Assembly: GCA_000004695.1 (NCBI GenBank)
Contig: CM000150.2
Coordinates: 2,976,001-3,040,000 of the forward strand
Reading direction: 5' to 3'
Source: Dictyostelium discoideum
Lineage: Eukaryota
DNA: 64,000 bases
Under the pieces are notes generated by a model. It did not search any database. It worked only from the letters and a program-made list of their open reading frames with translations, and was not told the DNA's origin. Position numbers and translations under genes: made by a program. This document shows positions 41,664 through 56,500 of this stretch, one piece after another. Positions within the stretch are counted from its first letter, which is position 1. Every line of letters starts with the position of its first letter.

Positions 41664-42083
41664 AAATATTAATAAAAAAAAAAAAAAATCTTTAAAATCC
41701 TTTTTTTTTTTTTTTTTTTTTTTGTTTAATTTATTACAAATTAATTTATTTTTAACATTTCATCTAAAAGTTGATCCATCCAATTTATTTCTTTATCTTC
41801 ATCATCATCATTATTTTCATTCATATTTACATCTTGACTATTATTTAATTTTGTTGGTGACATTAAATTTTTTGTTGGTGAAGTTATATTTGTTGGTAAT
41901 GGTGTTGCAGAGTCTATTTGTTTATCTTCAATATTTAAATTTTTAAATGAATTCATTAATGATTCTTTACAAATATCTAATGCTCTTTTTTTTTTTTTTT
42001 TTTGTAATAAATAAAAAATATATATATATATTAGAATAAATAAATAATAGATAAATAAATAAATTTTATAAATAAATAATTTA

Positions 42084-42878
<795 letters not shown>

Positions 42879-43089
42879 TATTATTGAATATTTGATTTTT
42901 TATTTATATCTTCCAAATGAAATTAGTTGATTTCACACCTCAAATAAAAAATTTGCCCATTTTTATTTTCATTTTTTTTTTTTTTTTTTGATTTTTTTTT
43001 TTTTTTTTTTCATTTTTTATTTTTAATTTTTTAATTTTTTAATTTTTTAATTTACTTTTTAATTTTAATTAACACAACACACGAATAAA

Positions 43090-43309
43090 ATGGTAATTTC
43101 ATTATCTTACAAATAAATAAATTAGTATATATCCTTTTAAAATGAATATATTAACAAGCAAAAAATAATAAAATGTTTTTTTTAATTTAGCACGGTGTAT
43201 TAAAAGTTAGAACATCAGAGGAGAAAGCAAAAGCACAAAGATTAAAAGAATTAGAAAAAATCGAAAGCTATAATAAATTAGTTAAATCATTTGAAGAATT
43301 AGTAAATTG

Positions 43310-43364
<55 letters not shown>

Positions 43365-44441
43365 ATATTATTAATTTAACTAACTAATAATAATAATAAA
43401 TTTATAAATTTATAAATTTAAAATATATATATAGAGAGAAAAACAAAATGGAAGATATGATGAAATTTCATTATCAGTTTCAAAATTAGTATTAATAGAG
43501 AATCCAGAATTCTATACAATTTGGAATTATAGAAGATTGGCAATCTTACAATTTACAGAAACTAAAGAGAATTCAGAATTACAAGTAATATATCAAAATG
43601 AAATGAAATTCTTGGAAGAATGTATTCAACGTTTTACAAAAAGTTATTGGATTTGGTTTCATCGTCAATGGATTGCATTAAGAATGGATAATTGTGATTG
43701 GGAAAGAGAAATGAAATTATGTACAAAATTATTAAATTTTGATTTAAGAAATTGTATTATTATTTATTTATTTTAAACTATTTATTTATTTATAATTTTA
43801 AATATTAAATATTAATTTTAAATTTTCTTTTTTTTTTTTATTTTTTCAAAATAATAATAATAATAGTCCATTGTTGGGGTCATAGAAGATTTATATTAAA
43901 ACATTCAAATATTAAATTAGAAGATGAATTAAAATATACAACTGAAAAAGTTGAACAAAACTTTTCAAATTATTCAGCATGGCATCAAAGATCAAGTATA
44001 TTACCAAAGATTTATAAAGAACCTGAACAATTATTAGAAAAGATTTTAGAGGAATTTGAATTAGTTAGAAATGCTGTATACACTGAACCAAAGGATTCAA
44101 GTTCATGGATTTATCATAAATGGTTAGTTGCAACTATTAAATCAATTCCAAATAGTAATTATATTGAAGTATTAAAGAATGAATTAACTCAAATTTATGA
44201 TCTCATTGAATTAGAACCTGATTGTAAATGTATGTATCAAAAAAAAACAATTATTCTTTATAAATATATATTAACAAACCTCTCTTTCCTTTATCCTACA
44301 GGGCCAATTTATACAACACTTTTATTAAAAATTGAAATTGGAGGTTTTGAAAAACAAGAATTATTAGATATTATCTCACAATTAATTAAATTAGATCCAG
44401 ACCATAAAAATTATTATAAGAGTCTAGAAACTAAGATTTAA
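43090..44441 (+). CDS. Rab geranylgeranyltransferase alpha subunit (PFTA-repeat protein, short Bet4-like form); join(43090..43092,43191..43301,43435..43753,43867..44229,44302..44441), about 311 aa
   Basis: ATG|gtaattt, then HGVLKVRTSEEKAKAQRLKELEK.., which matches the RABGGTA N-terminus MHGRLKVKTSEE. PFTA repeats follow (ENPEFYTIWNYRRLAIL, SYWIWFHRQWI, NFHCWGHRRFIL, NYSAWHQRSSIL, DSSSWIYHKWLV). Exons 3-5 are frame-anchored to track ORFs at 43537 and 44232; the first two junctions are unanchored. Confidence 0.7.
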
Positions 44442-44702
44442 AAAAATTAAAATATATAAAAAAATAAATTGTAAAACTTTTAAAAAGTAATAATACAAAG
44501 TAATTAAAAAAAAAAAAAAAAAAAGAAGAGATGATAAAAGAAGATTTTTTTTTTTTTTTTAATATTTTATTTTATTGTATTTTTTGCGAAAAGATTTAGT
44601 AATTTATGTATGTGAATGAATGGTGAATGTATATTTATTAGTGGGTGTTTGTCGTCTGTTATTTAAAGGGTTTTTTTTTTTTTTTTATTATTTTTTTTAT
44701 TT

Positions 44703-46234
44703 TTATCTTTCGAGTTTACGAGATGAAGGTTTAATTGGAGCCCTTGTTGGTTGTTTATTTTTTTCACGTTCTCTTTCTCTCTCTCTTTCTCTTTCTCTCT
44801 CTCTTTCTCTATCCCTTTCACGTTCTCTTTCTCTTTCTCTATCTCTATCACGTTCATTTTTAGCTGAACTATTGGTACTGCTACTGCCAGTATTAGTTGA
44901 TGATGATGATGAGGATGAAGAAGATGAAGATGATTTTGAATCTTTAATTTCTGGTGATAAAGTTTCCCCAACTGGATTTTCTTTCTTTAGTGGTGATTCA
45001 GGTTGTTCAGATGGAGTTGAAGCAGTTGTTGCAGAGGAAGGAGTTGAATCTGGTTTTAATCTTTTACTTGGAGTTGAAGTGATATCATCTTCTAATTTTC
45101 TTTTATTGATTTCCTCTTGTGAGGCATCTTGATGTGGTTCAACAACTTCATCAGATCTAGTTGGTGAAGAGTTTGGAGATTTGGCTGATTTTGTAGTGGT
45201 GGTGGTGGTAGTAGTAGTAGTATCATCATTTTTTGATGACTCTTTGTCTTTGTGTGTTGGTTCTACAGTTGTGGTGTTAGTGGTGGTGGTGGTGGTAGTA
45301 GTTGGTGATTTTTTTTCTTCATCAATTGGTTTTACAGATTCACTTGCAGCAGCAGTGGTGGTAGTTGATGATTTCTTTTCCTTTTCTGAATCTTCTTTGG
45401 TATCCATTTCCAATTCTTTAGTTTCATCTCTTGATTGCTCCACAGCGGTGGTGGTTGGTGATACTGATGACAATTTCTTTTCATCAGTTGGTAATTTTGA
45501 TGAATCATCTTTCTTTGTTGTTGTTGTTGGTTCACTTAATTCACCTTCTTCATCCTCATCATTAGTTGTAGTAGTTGTGGATTCCTTTTCAACTGGTTTT
45601 TCACTTGATTTTTCAACAGATTTATTTTCTTCAACATCTTTTTCCACTTCTTTCTCTTTTTCTTTTTCTTTATCATTTTCAATCTCTTTTTCAACCTCTT
45701 TTTCCACTTCTTTCTCTTTTTCTTTCTCTTTTTCTTTTTCTTTTTCGGTTTCTTTTTCGATTTCTTTTGATGATGATGACGATGATGGTGATTCTTTTTC
45801 ATTTTCTTTATCAACTTTTTCAACTAAAGATGATTCTTTATCGGTAACCTTCTCAACTTGTTTTTCATCTGGTTTTTCTGTAATAATAGGAGTTGGTGAT
45901 CTTTCCTTATCTACAATCACAGTTTCTCTCTTTTCTTCAGCTTCTTTAACAATTGATGGTGATCTTGTTTTTGATCTTTCATTAATATCAGATTCTTCAT
46001 CTAATATTATTTCTCTTCTATCTTTATGTTGTGATGATTGTGGTGAAAGTGCTCTTTGTCCAATATTATTATAGTTGATATTATTATTATTATTGTTATT
46101 GTTATTATTGTTGTTGTTACTATTATTTTCAAATGGTGAAGATGTTCTGTTATTTTGATGTTCGAATCTACTAATATTACTATTGTTATTATTGTTATTC
46201 ATATTATTCATATTATTATTCATATTATTATTCA

Positions 46235-46265
<31 letters not shown>

Positions 46266-46338
46266 ACGTTCTTTATTATCTCTTTCATAAGATCTTCTAT
46301 CATTGTGTGATGGTAACGGAGATGTTGCTCTTAAACCA

Positions 46339-46424
<86 letters not shown>

Positions 46425-46961
46425 ACTACTAATACTATTATTATTGTTGTTGTTATTATTATATTCTCTGGTATATTCTTGGATTCTATCTCTGCTATCT
46501 CTACCATCCCTATTATCTCTACCATCTCTACTATCTCTATTATCTCTATTATCCCTAATATTGTCTCTATTGTCTCTACCATCTCCATTAGGACTAGTCT
46601 TTTCACGTTCCAAAATACCTTTATATCTTCTATCTAATACATCATTATTTTTACTATTTACATTATCATTCATATTGTGGTGGTTATTATTATTATTATT
46701 AATATTGCTATTATTATTATTATTGTTATATTGATTCATTTGGTGATTATTATGGTTGTTATTATTATTATTGCTCATATTATTATTAATATTATTATTA
46801 TTGTTATTCATATTATTCATACTATTCATATTATTATTATTATTATTCATATTATTCATATTGTTATTCATATTATTATTCATATTCATATTATTATTAT
46901 TATTATTCATATTATTCATAGACATACTATTAGAATATTGCGAATGATGTGAATTGTGCAT
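44703..46961 (-). CDS. Low-complexity nuclear-type protein, 752 aa: poly-N/M N-terminus, (RDN/RDS)n block, Lys/Glu-rich coiled-coil (KEKEKE, EVEKE), poly-T/S, C-terminal (RE)n
   Basis: Uninterrupted track ORF from ATG 46961. Codon usage is typical despite the repeats. No recognisable catalytic domain. Confidence 0.55.
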
Positions 46962-46967
46962 ATCTTC

Positions 46968-47006
<39 letters not shown>

Positions 47007-47035
47007 AAAAAAAAAAAAAAATTAATAATTAATAA

Positions 47036-48142
47036 TTAAACTATGTATAAATAATTTTTAAAAAAAAAATATTTACCACCTCTACCTCTTTCAGTTTTTC
47101 TATCAATTAAACTTGAATTTAATTCATTTGAAGAAGGTAATGAAGAATTGTTTCTCATATCTTCAGGAAGATGAGAATTAATTTCAGCCAATTCAGGAAC
47201 AAAACTATTATTTCCATTGTTATTACCATTACGATTATTTTGACCACCTTTACCTAATGATTCCATTGCACCAGTGCCAGGTGAATTTGGTTCGATGATC
47301 ATTGGAGTTGACTTACCACCATGCTCACCATGCTCACCATTTTGAAGATCATAGCCATCCTTACCAATTGGTTTACCTGAAACTTGGGCTCTAAGTGTGG
47401 CAAGACGTGATTGAATATGTTTATTGTGTGGATCAAGTTCTGCAGCACGTTGATAAGCATCCAATGAATCGGTATGTTGATGACAACTCTCATACAATGT
47501 ACCCAAATCATACCAAACCTCACTAAGGAATGGATTAAGACGAATGGCTCTAGTGTAGGCATCCAATGCATCTCTGTACTGATTGATTTGATAATATAAT
47601 ACACCAATGGAACACCAAAATGTTGGGTTTCTACCATCTCTATAAACTGCTTGTTGATAGGCATCATATGCTTTTTTATACTTTTGTTGAGTCATATAAC
47701 ATCTTCCCAATAAATACCATGTTTGTGCATCAGATGAATCTGAATCAATTGATCTCATCAAATAATTTATTGCATACTCTTGATTTGTAAATAATGGATT
47801 ATGATGATATAACCAACCTAATTGTTGTAAAACTTTTGAATGTGTTGCATTATCTTTTAATACTTTTTCATATGCATCTTTTGATTTATGATACTAATTA
47901 AAAAAAAATTAAAAAAATTAAAAAAATTAATAAGAAATAAAGAAAAGTAAAAAAAAAAAAAAAAAAAAGGGTTTACTTACTTCTTTTTGTAATTCATAAA
48001 CATGACCAATTTGGAACCAAATATCAGATGTCGTTAATGGTAATGGTGGATTCTTAACTAAATGTTGGAAATACTAATAATAATGATGATGATAATAAAT
48101 AAAATGGTTGTTAATATAAATGTAATATTAAAATATTGGTTA

Positions 48143-48204
<62 letters not shown>

Positions 48205-48768
48205 TACTTCTAAAGATTGATCATATTTACCTTGATGTTTATATAAAACACCAAGTCTAAAATAAATTTCAGTAGATTTTTCGAATTTATTATCCATTTT
48301 TAAGACAGCTGTAAAAGCTTCTTCAGCGTGATCGTATGAACCATATCTATCGTACAAAATACCAATACCATACCAAAGGTTTGGATCCTTTGGATTTGGT
48401 AAATGATATAGAGCTTGTTGATAGGCAGTGTATGCCTTTTGAAGATCATCCATCATGAGATAACAATGACCTAATGCACCCCAAACTTCACCATTCTTTG
48501 ATTCAATGGTCACTATTCTTTGAAAGTATTCAGCTGCCTTTGAATATTGTTCTTTGATCCTAAATAATGATGCTATTTGTGTGAGTGCCTTTATTGAGAA
48601 TGGATTATGTCTTAGTGCATTCTCATATGATGCCAATGCTTTATCTTGTTCTCCAATTGATTCTGCATATCCACCTAAATGAATCCAAATTGATTCATTC
48701 AAGTCTCTAATTTTACCAGTAACACCACTTAATTGATCTTGTTGTTGTTGCTGTTGTTGTTGTTGTGG

Positions 48769-48803
<35 letters not shown>

Positions 48804-48869
48804 GCTGTGGTTGTTGTTGCTGTTGTGGTGGTTGTTGTTGTTGCTGTTGTGGTGGTTGTTGTTGTTGTG

Positions 48870-48906
<37 letters not shown>

Positions 48907-48961
48907 TGATTGTTGTTGTTGTGGTTGCTGTTGTTGTGGTTGCTGTTGTTGTTGTATATGC

Positions 48962-49023
<62 letters not shown>

Positions 49024-49206
49024 ATGTTGTTGATGTTGTTGTTGTTGTTGTGCTATTTGTTGTTGTTGTGCTATTTGTTGTTGTTGAGCTATTTGTTGTT
49101 GTGCAATGGCTGATTGTTGTTGTGCTATTTGTTGTTGCTGCTGTGCTACCATTGATTGTTGTTGTGCTGCCATAGCTTGTTGTTGTTGTGTTTGTTGAAC
49201 ATTCAT
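47036..49206 (-). CDS. trfA: Cyc8/Ssn6-like TPR transcriptional corepressor with an N-terminal poly-Q of about 150 residues; complement(join(47036..47893,47981..48073,48208..49206)), about 649 aa
   Basis: Two track ORFs plus a 93-nt middle exon (YFQHLVKNPPLPLTTSDIWFQIGHVYELQKE) reconstructed between gtaagt donors. The TPR region aligns residue-for-residue with yeast Cyc8 (WFQIGHVYELQKEYHKSKDAYEKVL against WFQIGSVLESMGEWQGAKEAYEHVL; CSIGVLYYQINQYRDALDAYTRAIRLNPF..SEVWYDLGTLYE). The symbol is a guess based on Dictyostelium trfA being the Ssn6 homolog. Confidence 0.7.
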
Positions 49207-49747
49207 TTTATTGTTATAGTTGTTGATGGTGATGATGTTTATCTATTTGCTTATTTTTGTGTGATATGACTATTTGCCTCATATAATTATATGTGCTTTT
49301 TTTTTTTTTTTTGTTAAGTATTTGGGCTGTGTGTGTGTATTTGTGGTTTTGTAATAAATTATAAAAAAATAAAAAAAAAAGGAAAAAAAAAAAAAGTTAA
49401 AAATTGGTTTATTTTTTTGTTTTTTTTTTTTTTTTTTTTAATTTTTAATTTTTGAAAATTGTTTGAAGTTTGGGTGAGTTTTTTGTGTCTATTAAATACA
49501 GATTTTTAAGTGATAAAAAAAAAAAGAAAAAAAAAATGGATAAAAAAAGATCAAGATCTAAACTTTATGAAACCTAAGTTTTATAAATGATGGTAAATTT
49601 TTTTTTTTTTTTTTAATTTTTATTAATAATATACAAAAAGGTTAGTATATAATCTAGTTTTGAACAAGAAAAAAAAAAAAAAAAATAATATTTATAATAA
49701 TAAATAAAAAAAAAAAAAAAAAGAAAAAGGTAAAAAAAATATATATA

Positions 49748-49780
<33 letters not shown>

Positions 49781-49826
49781 GTGGGTATGCTGTGTGTTGT
49801 GTGGTGTGGTAGTGGTGTGTGGGTTG

Positions 49827-49833
<7 letters not shown>

Positions 49834-49864
<31 letters not shown>
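49834..49864. repeat. (TG)15 dinucleotide microsatellite
   Basis: Read directly. Confidence 0.9.
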
Positions 49865-49866
<2 letters not shown>

Positions 49867-50220
49867 GTAGAGAAGGTAAAGAGATTGTTTTATTTTTATA
49901 CTATCTAAATGGTGATATGCCATTATAAATATAATTTTATATATGTAAATATGTGTGCATGTATGTATGTTGTATGTATATATGCATATTTATATAGTTA
50001 TATTACTTTTTTTTTTTTTTTAATTTAAAAAAAAATTTATATGATAGTGAGTGAAAGGGAGATTTGAAATACGTGTGTTTGTGTGGGTGTGTTTGTGTGT
50101 GAGAGTGGTACTATTTATAATTTTTTTTATTTTTTTTTTTTTTTATTACTATTATTATTTTTTATTTTATTTTATTTATTTATTATTTTTTTTTTTTATG
50201 TTTTTAAACAGATATGAAAA

Positions 50221-50291
<71 letters not shown>
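50221..50291. repeat. (AAT)23 trinucleotide microsatellite in non-coding DNA
   Basis: Read directly. Confidence 0.9.
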
Positions 50292-50294
<3 letters not shown>

Positions 50295-51729
50295 TAAAAA
50301 ATAATAATTGTAGTGACAATTAATGGTTTTATTACTATTAATATCAATACAATAAACCAATATTTTGAGTGTTTTTTTTTTTTTTTTATTTAAAATAAAA
50401 AAAAAAATAAAAAAAAATTTTATTTATTTATTTAATTATTTATTTATTTATTTATTATTTATTTATTTATTATATTTATTTATTTAATTTAATTTAATAT
50501 TTTATTTTTTTTATTTTTTTTTTTTTTTTATTTTTTTTTTTTTATTTTTTTATTTTTTTTGTTTTGTTTAAAATAATAAAAAAAATAAACTTGTTTTGAA
50601 GTCATAAATATATGTTGTGTGCGTATAAAAATACAATGCAACGAAATTTAATTACCCTTTATAAAAAGAAAAAATGATAATTAAACACAATAACTATAAA
50701 TTTATTTATTTTCTATATTATTTAACTTTATGTTATTTGTCTACAATACACAGATATTTTAATATATCAAAAAAAAAAAAAAAAAATTAAAAAAAAATTA
50801 AAAAAAAAAAATAAAAATAAAAAAAAAAAAATAAAATTGGGAGCCCAACGGTGAGTTTGAATTTGATTTAATTTAGTTTTTTTTTTATTTTTATTTTTTT
50901 TTAATTTTTATTTTTTTTTTAAAAAATGAGATTTGGCAGCGCTTATGGAAAATGTAATTGAAAAAAATAAATAAATTATTAAAAAAAAAAAACAAAACAA
51001 AACAAAACAAAACAATTATTCATCAGCAAATTAAAATTTATAAATGGTAATTGTTATTAATAATAATAATAATATTATTATTGTTTTATTATTATATTTA
51101 TTTTTTTTTTATTTATTTATTTATTTTTATTTTTTTTCCTTTGTTGCTTTTTTTTTTTTTTTTTTTTTTTCAAAAAAAAAGAAAAAAAAAATTGGCGTTG
51201 ACTTTTTTTTGAATTAATTGGCGTTGACTTTTTTTTTTGAATTAATTCAAAATTTTAGATTTTTTTTTTGGTGTGAACCCTGCAAATGCCAAAATTAAAA
51301 AAAAAAAGAGAAAAAAATAAAAATAATAAAAATAATAAAAATGGTTTAATTACCTTTGCAAAAAGAAAAAAAAAAAAATAAATAAAAATTAAAATAAAAT
51401 AATAAAAAAGAAAAAAAAATAAATAATTAAAAAAAAGATTAAAAATTCAAAAAAAAAAAAAAATTCAAAAATAATTAATTAAAAAAATAAAAAATAAAGA
51501 AAAAAAAAAAAAAATACCAAAAATAAATAATCAAAAAAAAAAAAAAATAACCCCACATAAATTGTCAAACTGATCATCAATGATTGTTCTATCACAAAAA
51601 GACATAAAAAACGATTGCTGTTGAATTTATTGTTATATTACTATTATTATTATTATTATTATTATATATTATTCTTGTATCATTATCGGTTTGTATATTT
51701 GTTTTATAAAACAATTTCGTAAGGTGGTG

Positions 51730-51768
<39 letters not shown>

Positions 51769-51854
51769 GAATGTAGGAGTTTGGTTATTGTTGATGTTGT
51801 GTTAATGTGGTTGTGTGTGTGTTTATTAGATGGTGTATGTGGTTTATTGTCATA

Positions 51855-51895
<41 letters not shown>

Positions 51896-53132
51896 AAAGA
51901 AAGGAAATAAATAAATAAATAAAAGTAAATGAAAGGGGATGATCATTTTATCAAATTTGTTGAAGGTTATATACAATGTATTTTCAAAAAAAAAAAAAAA
52001 AAGAAATTTTTTTTTGATTTTTTAAAATACATTAATAATAAATCTTGATCTAAAAATAATCATCAATACAATGGTACAGATTAAACATTATAACTAACAT
52101 AAATGGAAAAAAATAAAATAAAAAAAAAAAATAAAAATAAATAAATAAATAAATAAAAAAATTTAAAAAAAAGGTGGGTGAGGGGTGATAAATTATCACT
52201 GACCAATTATAAAGAAATTAAAAGTTTTCTTATTACTCTTTTGCCAACTGTAAAGAGAGTATCTCGGTTTACTTATTAAATATATAAAGAAAAAAAAGAA
52301 AAATGGAGATGACTAAAATATATGAATATAAATAATCAAAAAAAAAAAAAAAAATAAAAAAATAAAAAATAAAATAAAGTAAAAAGATAAAAATAAAAAA
52401 AAAACTTTTTTTTTTAAAAAAAAAAATTTAAAAATAAAAAATATCATCAAGATTTAATCTTATCATACCAGATAATGAGTTTTTTTTTTTTTTTTTTTTA
52501 AAAAAAAATTATTCAGTCAAATAATTTAACCAAATAAAAAGGGAATGGGTCGGTCAAGGGCAGTTCAAATAGTTTAATCATAAGTAATAATAATAATGTA
52601 ATAATGACCAGATAAAAAAATAAAATAAATAAAAAAAAAATAAAATATATAAAAAAAAAAAATAAAAATAAAAATAAAAATAAAATAAAATAAAAAAAAA
52701 AAAAAACAAAATTAAAAATAAAATAAAATAAAAAAAAAAACAGAAGATTTGTTGGCACGAAAATGGCGACATTTGCAAAAAAATAAAAATTATAAGGAGT
52801 TTGGACCAAATTTTTTTTCACATGCATTCCAACACATTCTTAGAACATTTACCAGCACTGTTTTTATGTAAAAAAAAATGAAAACCGCGACCTTAACCAA
52901 AAATACATAATTTTTACAAAACAACAAAAATATTTTAAATGAAAATTTCAATTTCCGGTAAAGCTTTGTTGTGTTTTTAAAAACACCTGATGGCGATCAA
53001 TGGCACATTGCACTCATCAATCAATCAAACTGGCATTTACCAATAATATTATTTTTTTTTTCTCAATCACCTTTGGAGTGATGCTTAGTATCGCACTCAT
53101 TAATCATGTGTAACTGTTTTCCTCAAGAAATG

Positions 53133-53165
53133 ATTTTGTGTTTATTTTTAAAATAAACACAAAAT
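53133..53165. repeat. Perfect hairpin palindrome: 15-bp arms (attttgtgtttattt / aaataaacacaaaat) with a 3-nt loop
   Basis: Read directly, about 390 bp upstream of the ATG of ABCG copy 2, at the edge of a GC-richer 400-bp patch. Confidence 0.7.
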
Positions 53166-53556
53166 AACAATAAAAAAAGTATTTTTAAAAAAAAAAAAAA
53201 AAACTATTTTTAAAAAAACTATATAAAGACGAAACAATTTTTTTTTTTTTTTTTTCTTTACTTTTGTTTTAAATTATTATTTAACTAAATTTATTTATTT
53301 ATATAATATAAATATTTTTTTTTTTTTCATAAAAAAAAAAAAAAAATAAAAAGAATAAATAGTTAGAAATAATTTTTATTTATTTATTTCATGAATTACA
53401 CATAAAAAATAAATAAATAAATAATTAAAATAAAATAAATAAATAAAAAATAAATAATAAAAATAAATAATAAATAGTAAATTGAATTTTTTTATTTTTT
53501 TATTTTTATTTTAATAATAATAATAATTGGTAATAATTTATTATTAATTAATAAAA

Positions 53557-56500
53557 ATGGTCCATAACAATGATGGTGATAATAATGACCAAGAAATGCA
53601 AGAGATTGGGATTAATGAAAAGAGAAGTCAATTCCCACACATAAGTGTTGAAGAATCTCGTCAAGAGTTTGACTCATTTTCAAATAATATCGAAGGAGAG
53701 TCAAAACAATTTGGAATGAATAGAGATGCTGAATCTAATATGGCAGTTGAAAGTGAAGAAGATTTTAAATTAAGAAAATATTTTGAAAATTCAAATAGAA
53801 TGCATCTTGAAAATGGTGGTAATGAAAAAAAAATGGGTGTTTCCATTAGAAATTTAACTGTTGTTGGTCTTGGTGCTGATGCATCTGTAATTGCTGATAT
53901 GTCAACTCCATTTTATGGTTTAGTTAAACTTTTTACTCCATCTTTTTGGTAAGTTTTAAATTCTTGATTTTTTTTTATTTATTTAAAAGTGTTTAGAAAA
54001 AAGAATAAAATATTGGGTGGCAATTTTTTTTTTTTATTATTTATTATTTTTTTTTTTTTTAAACAAAAGTAAGACCATCTTTTTTAAATTAACACAATTA
54101 TACTAATTATTTATTTATTTATTTATTTATTTAATTATTTTTTTTATTTTATTATTATTATTATTTATAGGACTAAAAAAACATCAACATTTGATATTTT
54201 ACATGATGTTACAACATTTTGTAAAGATGGTGAAATGGTTTTAGTTTTAGGTAGACCAGGTGCTGGTTGTTCAACATTGTTACGTGTTATTGCAAATCAA
54301 ACTGCATCATATGTTTCAGTTAAAGGTGATATTACATATGGTGGTATTCCTTCAAAAGAGTTTGAAAAATATAGAGGTGAACCTATTTATACACCAGAAG
54401 AAGATTCACATCATCCAACTTTAACAGTTCGTGAAACTTTAGATTTTGCATTAAAATGTAAAACTCCAGGTAATCGTTTACCAGATGAAACTAAAAGATC
54501 TTTCCGTGATAAAGTTTTTAATTTATTATTATCAATGTTTGGTATTGTTCATCAAGCTGATACTGTAAGTTTTCTTTTTTTTTTCTTTTTTTTTTTTATC
54601 TTTTACTAATAGGTTTTTTTTTTCCTAAATAAAATAGATTGTTGGTAATGAATTTATTAGAGGTTTATCAGGTGGTGAAAGAAAACGTTTAACAATTACA
54701 GAAGCAATGGTATCATCAGCATCAATTACATGTTGGGATTGTTCAACTCGTGGTCTCGATGCAGCATCAGCATTTGATTATGCAAAATCAATTCGTATTA
54801 TGTCTGATACATTACACAAAACAACAATTGCATCATTTTATCAAGCATCCGATTCAATTTATAATGTATTTGATAAAGTTTGTGTTTTAGAAAAAGGTCG
54901 TTGTATTTATTTTGGTCCAGTTGGTATGGCAAAACAATATTTTATGAGCTTGGGTTTCGATTGTGAACCAAGAAAATCAACACCAGATTTTTTAACTGGT
55001 GTAACAAATCCACAGGAACGTATTATTAAAAAAGGATTTGAAGGTCGTACTCCAGAAACTTCAGCAGATTTCGAAGAAGCATGGAAAAACTCTGATATAT
55101 ATAGAGATCAACTTCAAGAACAAAAAGAATATGAAGAATTAATTGAAAGAACTCAACCAAAAGTTGCATTTGTTCAAGAGGTTAGGGATGCAAATAGTAA
55201 AACCAATTTCAAAAAATCACAATATACAACAAGTTTTGTTACTCAAGTTATTGCATTAATTAAAAGAAATTTTGCATTGGTTTTAAATGATAAGTTTGGT
55301 ATGTACTCTAAATATCTCTCAGTTTTAATTCAAGGTTTCGTTTATGCTTCACTTTTCTATAATATGGATACAGATATTACTGGTTTATTTACTAGAGGTG
55401 GTGCAATTCTTTCAGCTGTAATTTTCAATGCTTTTCTCTCCATTGGTGAAATGGCAATGACTTTCTATGGTCGTCGTGTTTTACAAAAACATAAGAGTTA
55501 TGCTTTATATCGTCCATCTGCTTTACATATTGCACAAGTTGTAACTGATATTCCATTCACAGCAATTCAAGTATTCTTATTTTCAATTATTGCATACTTT
55601 ATGTTTGGTTTACAATATGATGCTGGTAAATTCTTTATTTTTTGTTTTACTTTGCTTGGTGCAAGTTTAGCATGTACAGCACTTTTCAGATGTTTTGGTT
55701 ACCTTTGTCCATCGATGTATATCGCTCAAAATATTTCAAATGTTTTCATCATTTTCATGCTTACCTATTCTGGTTATACCATTCCAATTCCAAAAATGCA
55801 TCCATGGTTCAGTTGGTTTAGACATATCAATATCTTTACCTATGCATTTAAAGCATTAATGGCAAATGAATTTGAAGGTTTGGATTTTAATTGTAAAGAA
55901 TCTGCAATTCCATATGGTCCAGCATATCAAGGTTCAGAGTTTGATGCATATAGAATTTGTCCATTAGGTGGTATTGAACAAGGTAGTCTCTACTTTAAAG
56001 GTGATTTTTATATGGATAAAACTTTATCATTTGCAACTGGAGAAATGTCACAAAATGTTATCATTGTTTATTGTTGGTGGGTTTTCTTTGTAGTTTGTAA
56101 TATGTTTGCAATGGAATACATTGATCATACAAGTGGCGGTTATACTCATAAAGTTTACAAAAAAGGTAAAGCTCCAAAAATGAATGATGTTGAAGAAGAA
56201 AAACAACAAAATGCCATTGTAGCAAAAGCAACAAGTAATATGAAAGATACTCTTCATATGGATGGTGGTATTTTCACATGGCAAAACATTAGATACACTG
56301 TCAAAGTTCCAGGTGGTGAAAGATTATTATTAGATAATATTGAAGGTTGGATTAAACCAGGTCAAATGACAGCTTTAATGGGTTCATCGGGTGCTGGTAA
56401 AACAACTTTACTCGATGTTTTAGCAAAGAGAAAAACTTTGGGTGTTGTTGAAGGTGATTCACATTTAAATGGTAGAGAATTAGAAATTGATTTTGAACGT

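Noticed and set aside
45181-46952. 297-aa plus-strand ORF and smaller ORFs antisense to or within the 752-aa low-complexity gene
   Set aside because: They are Ser/Val/Phe-only translations of the complement of K/E/T/N repeat codons; the sense-strand ORF has the normal composition.
48765-49175. Poly-Val and poly-Leu plus-strand ORFs
   Set aside because: They are the complement or other frames of the (CAA)n poly-Gln tract of the Cyc8-like gene.
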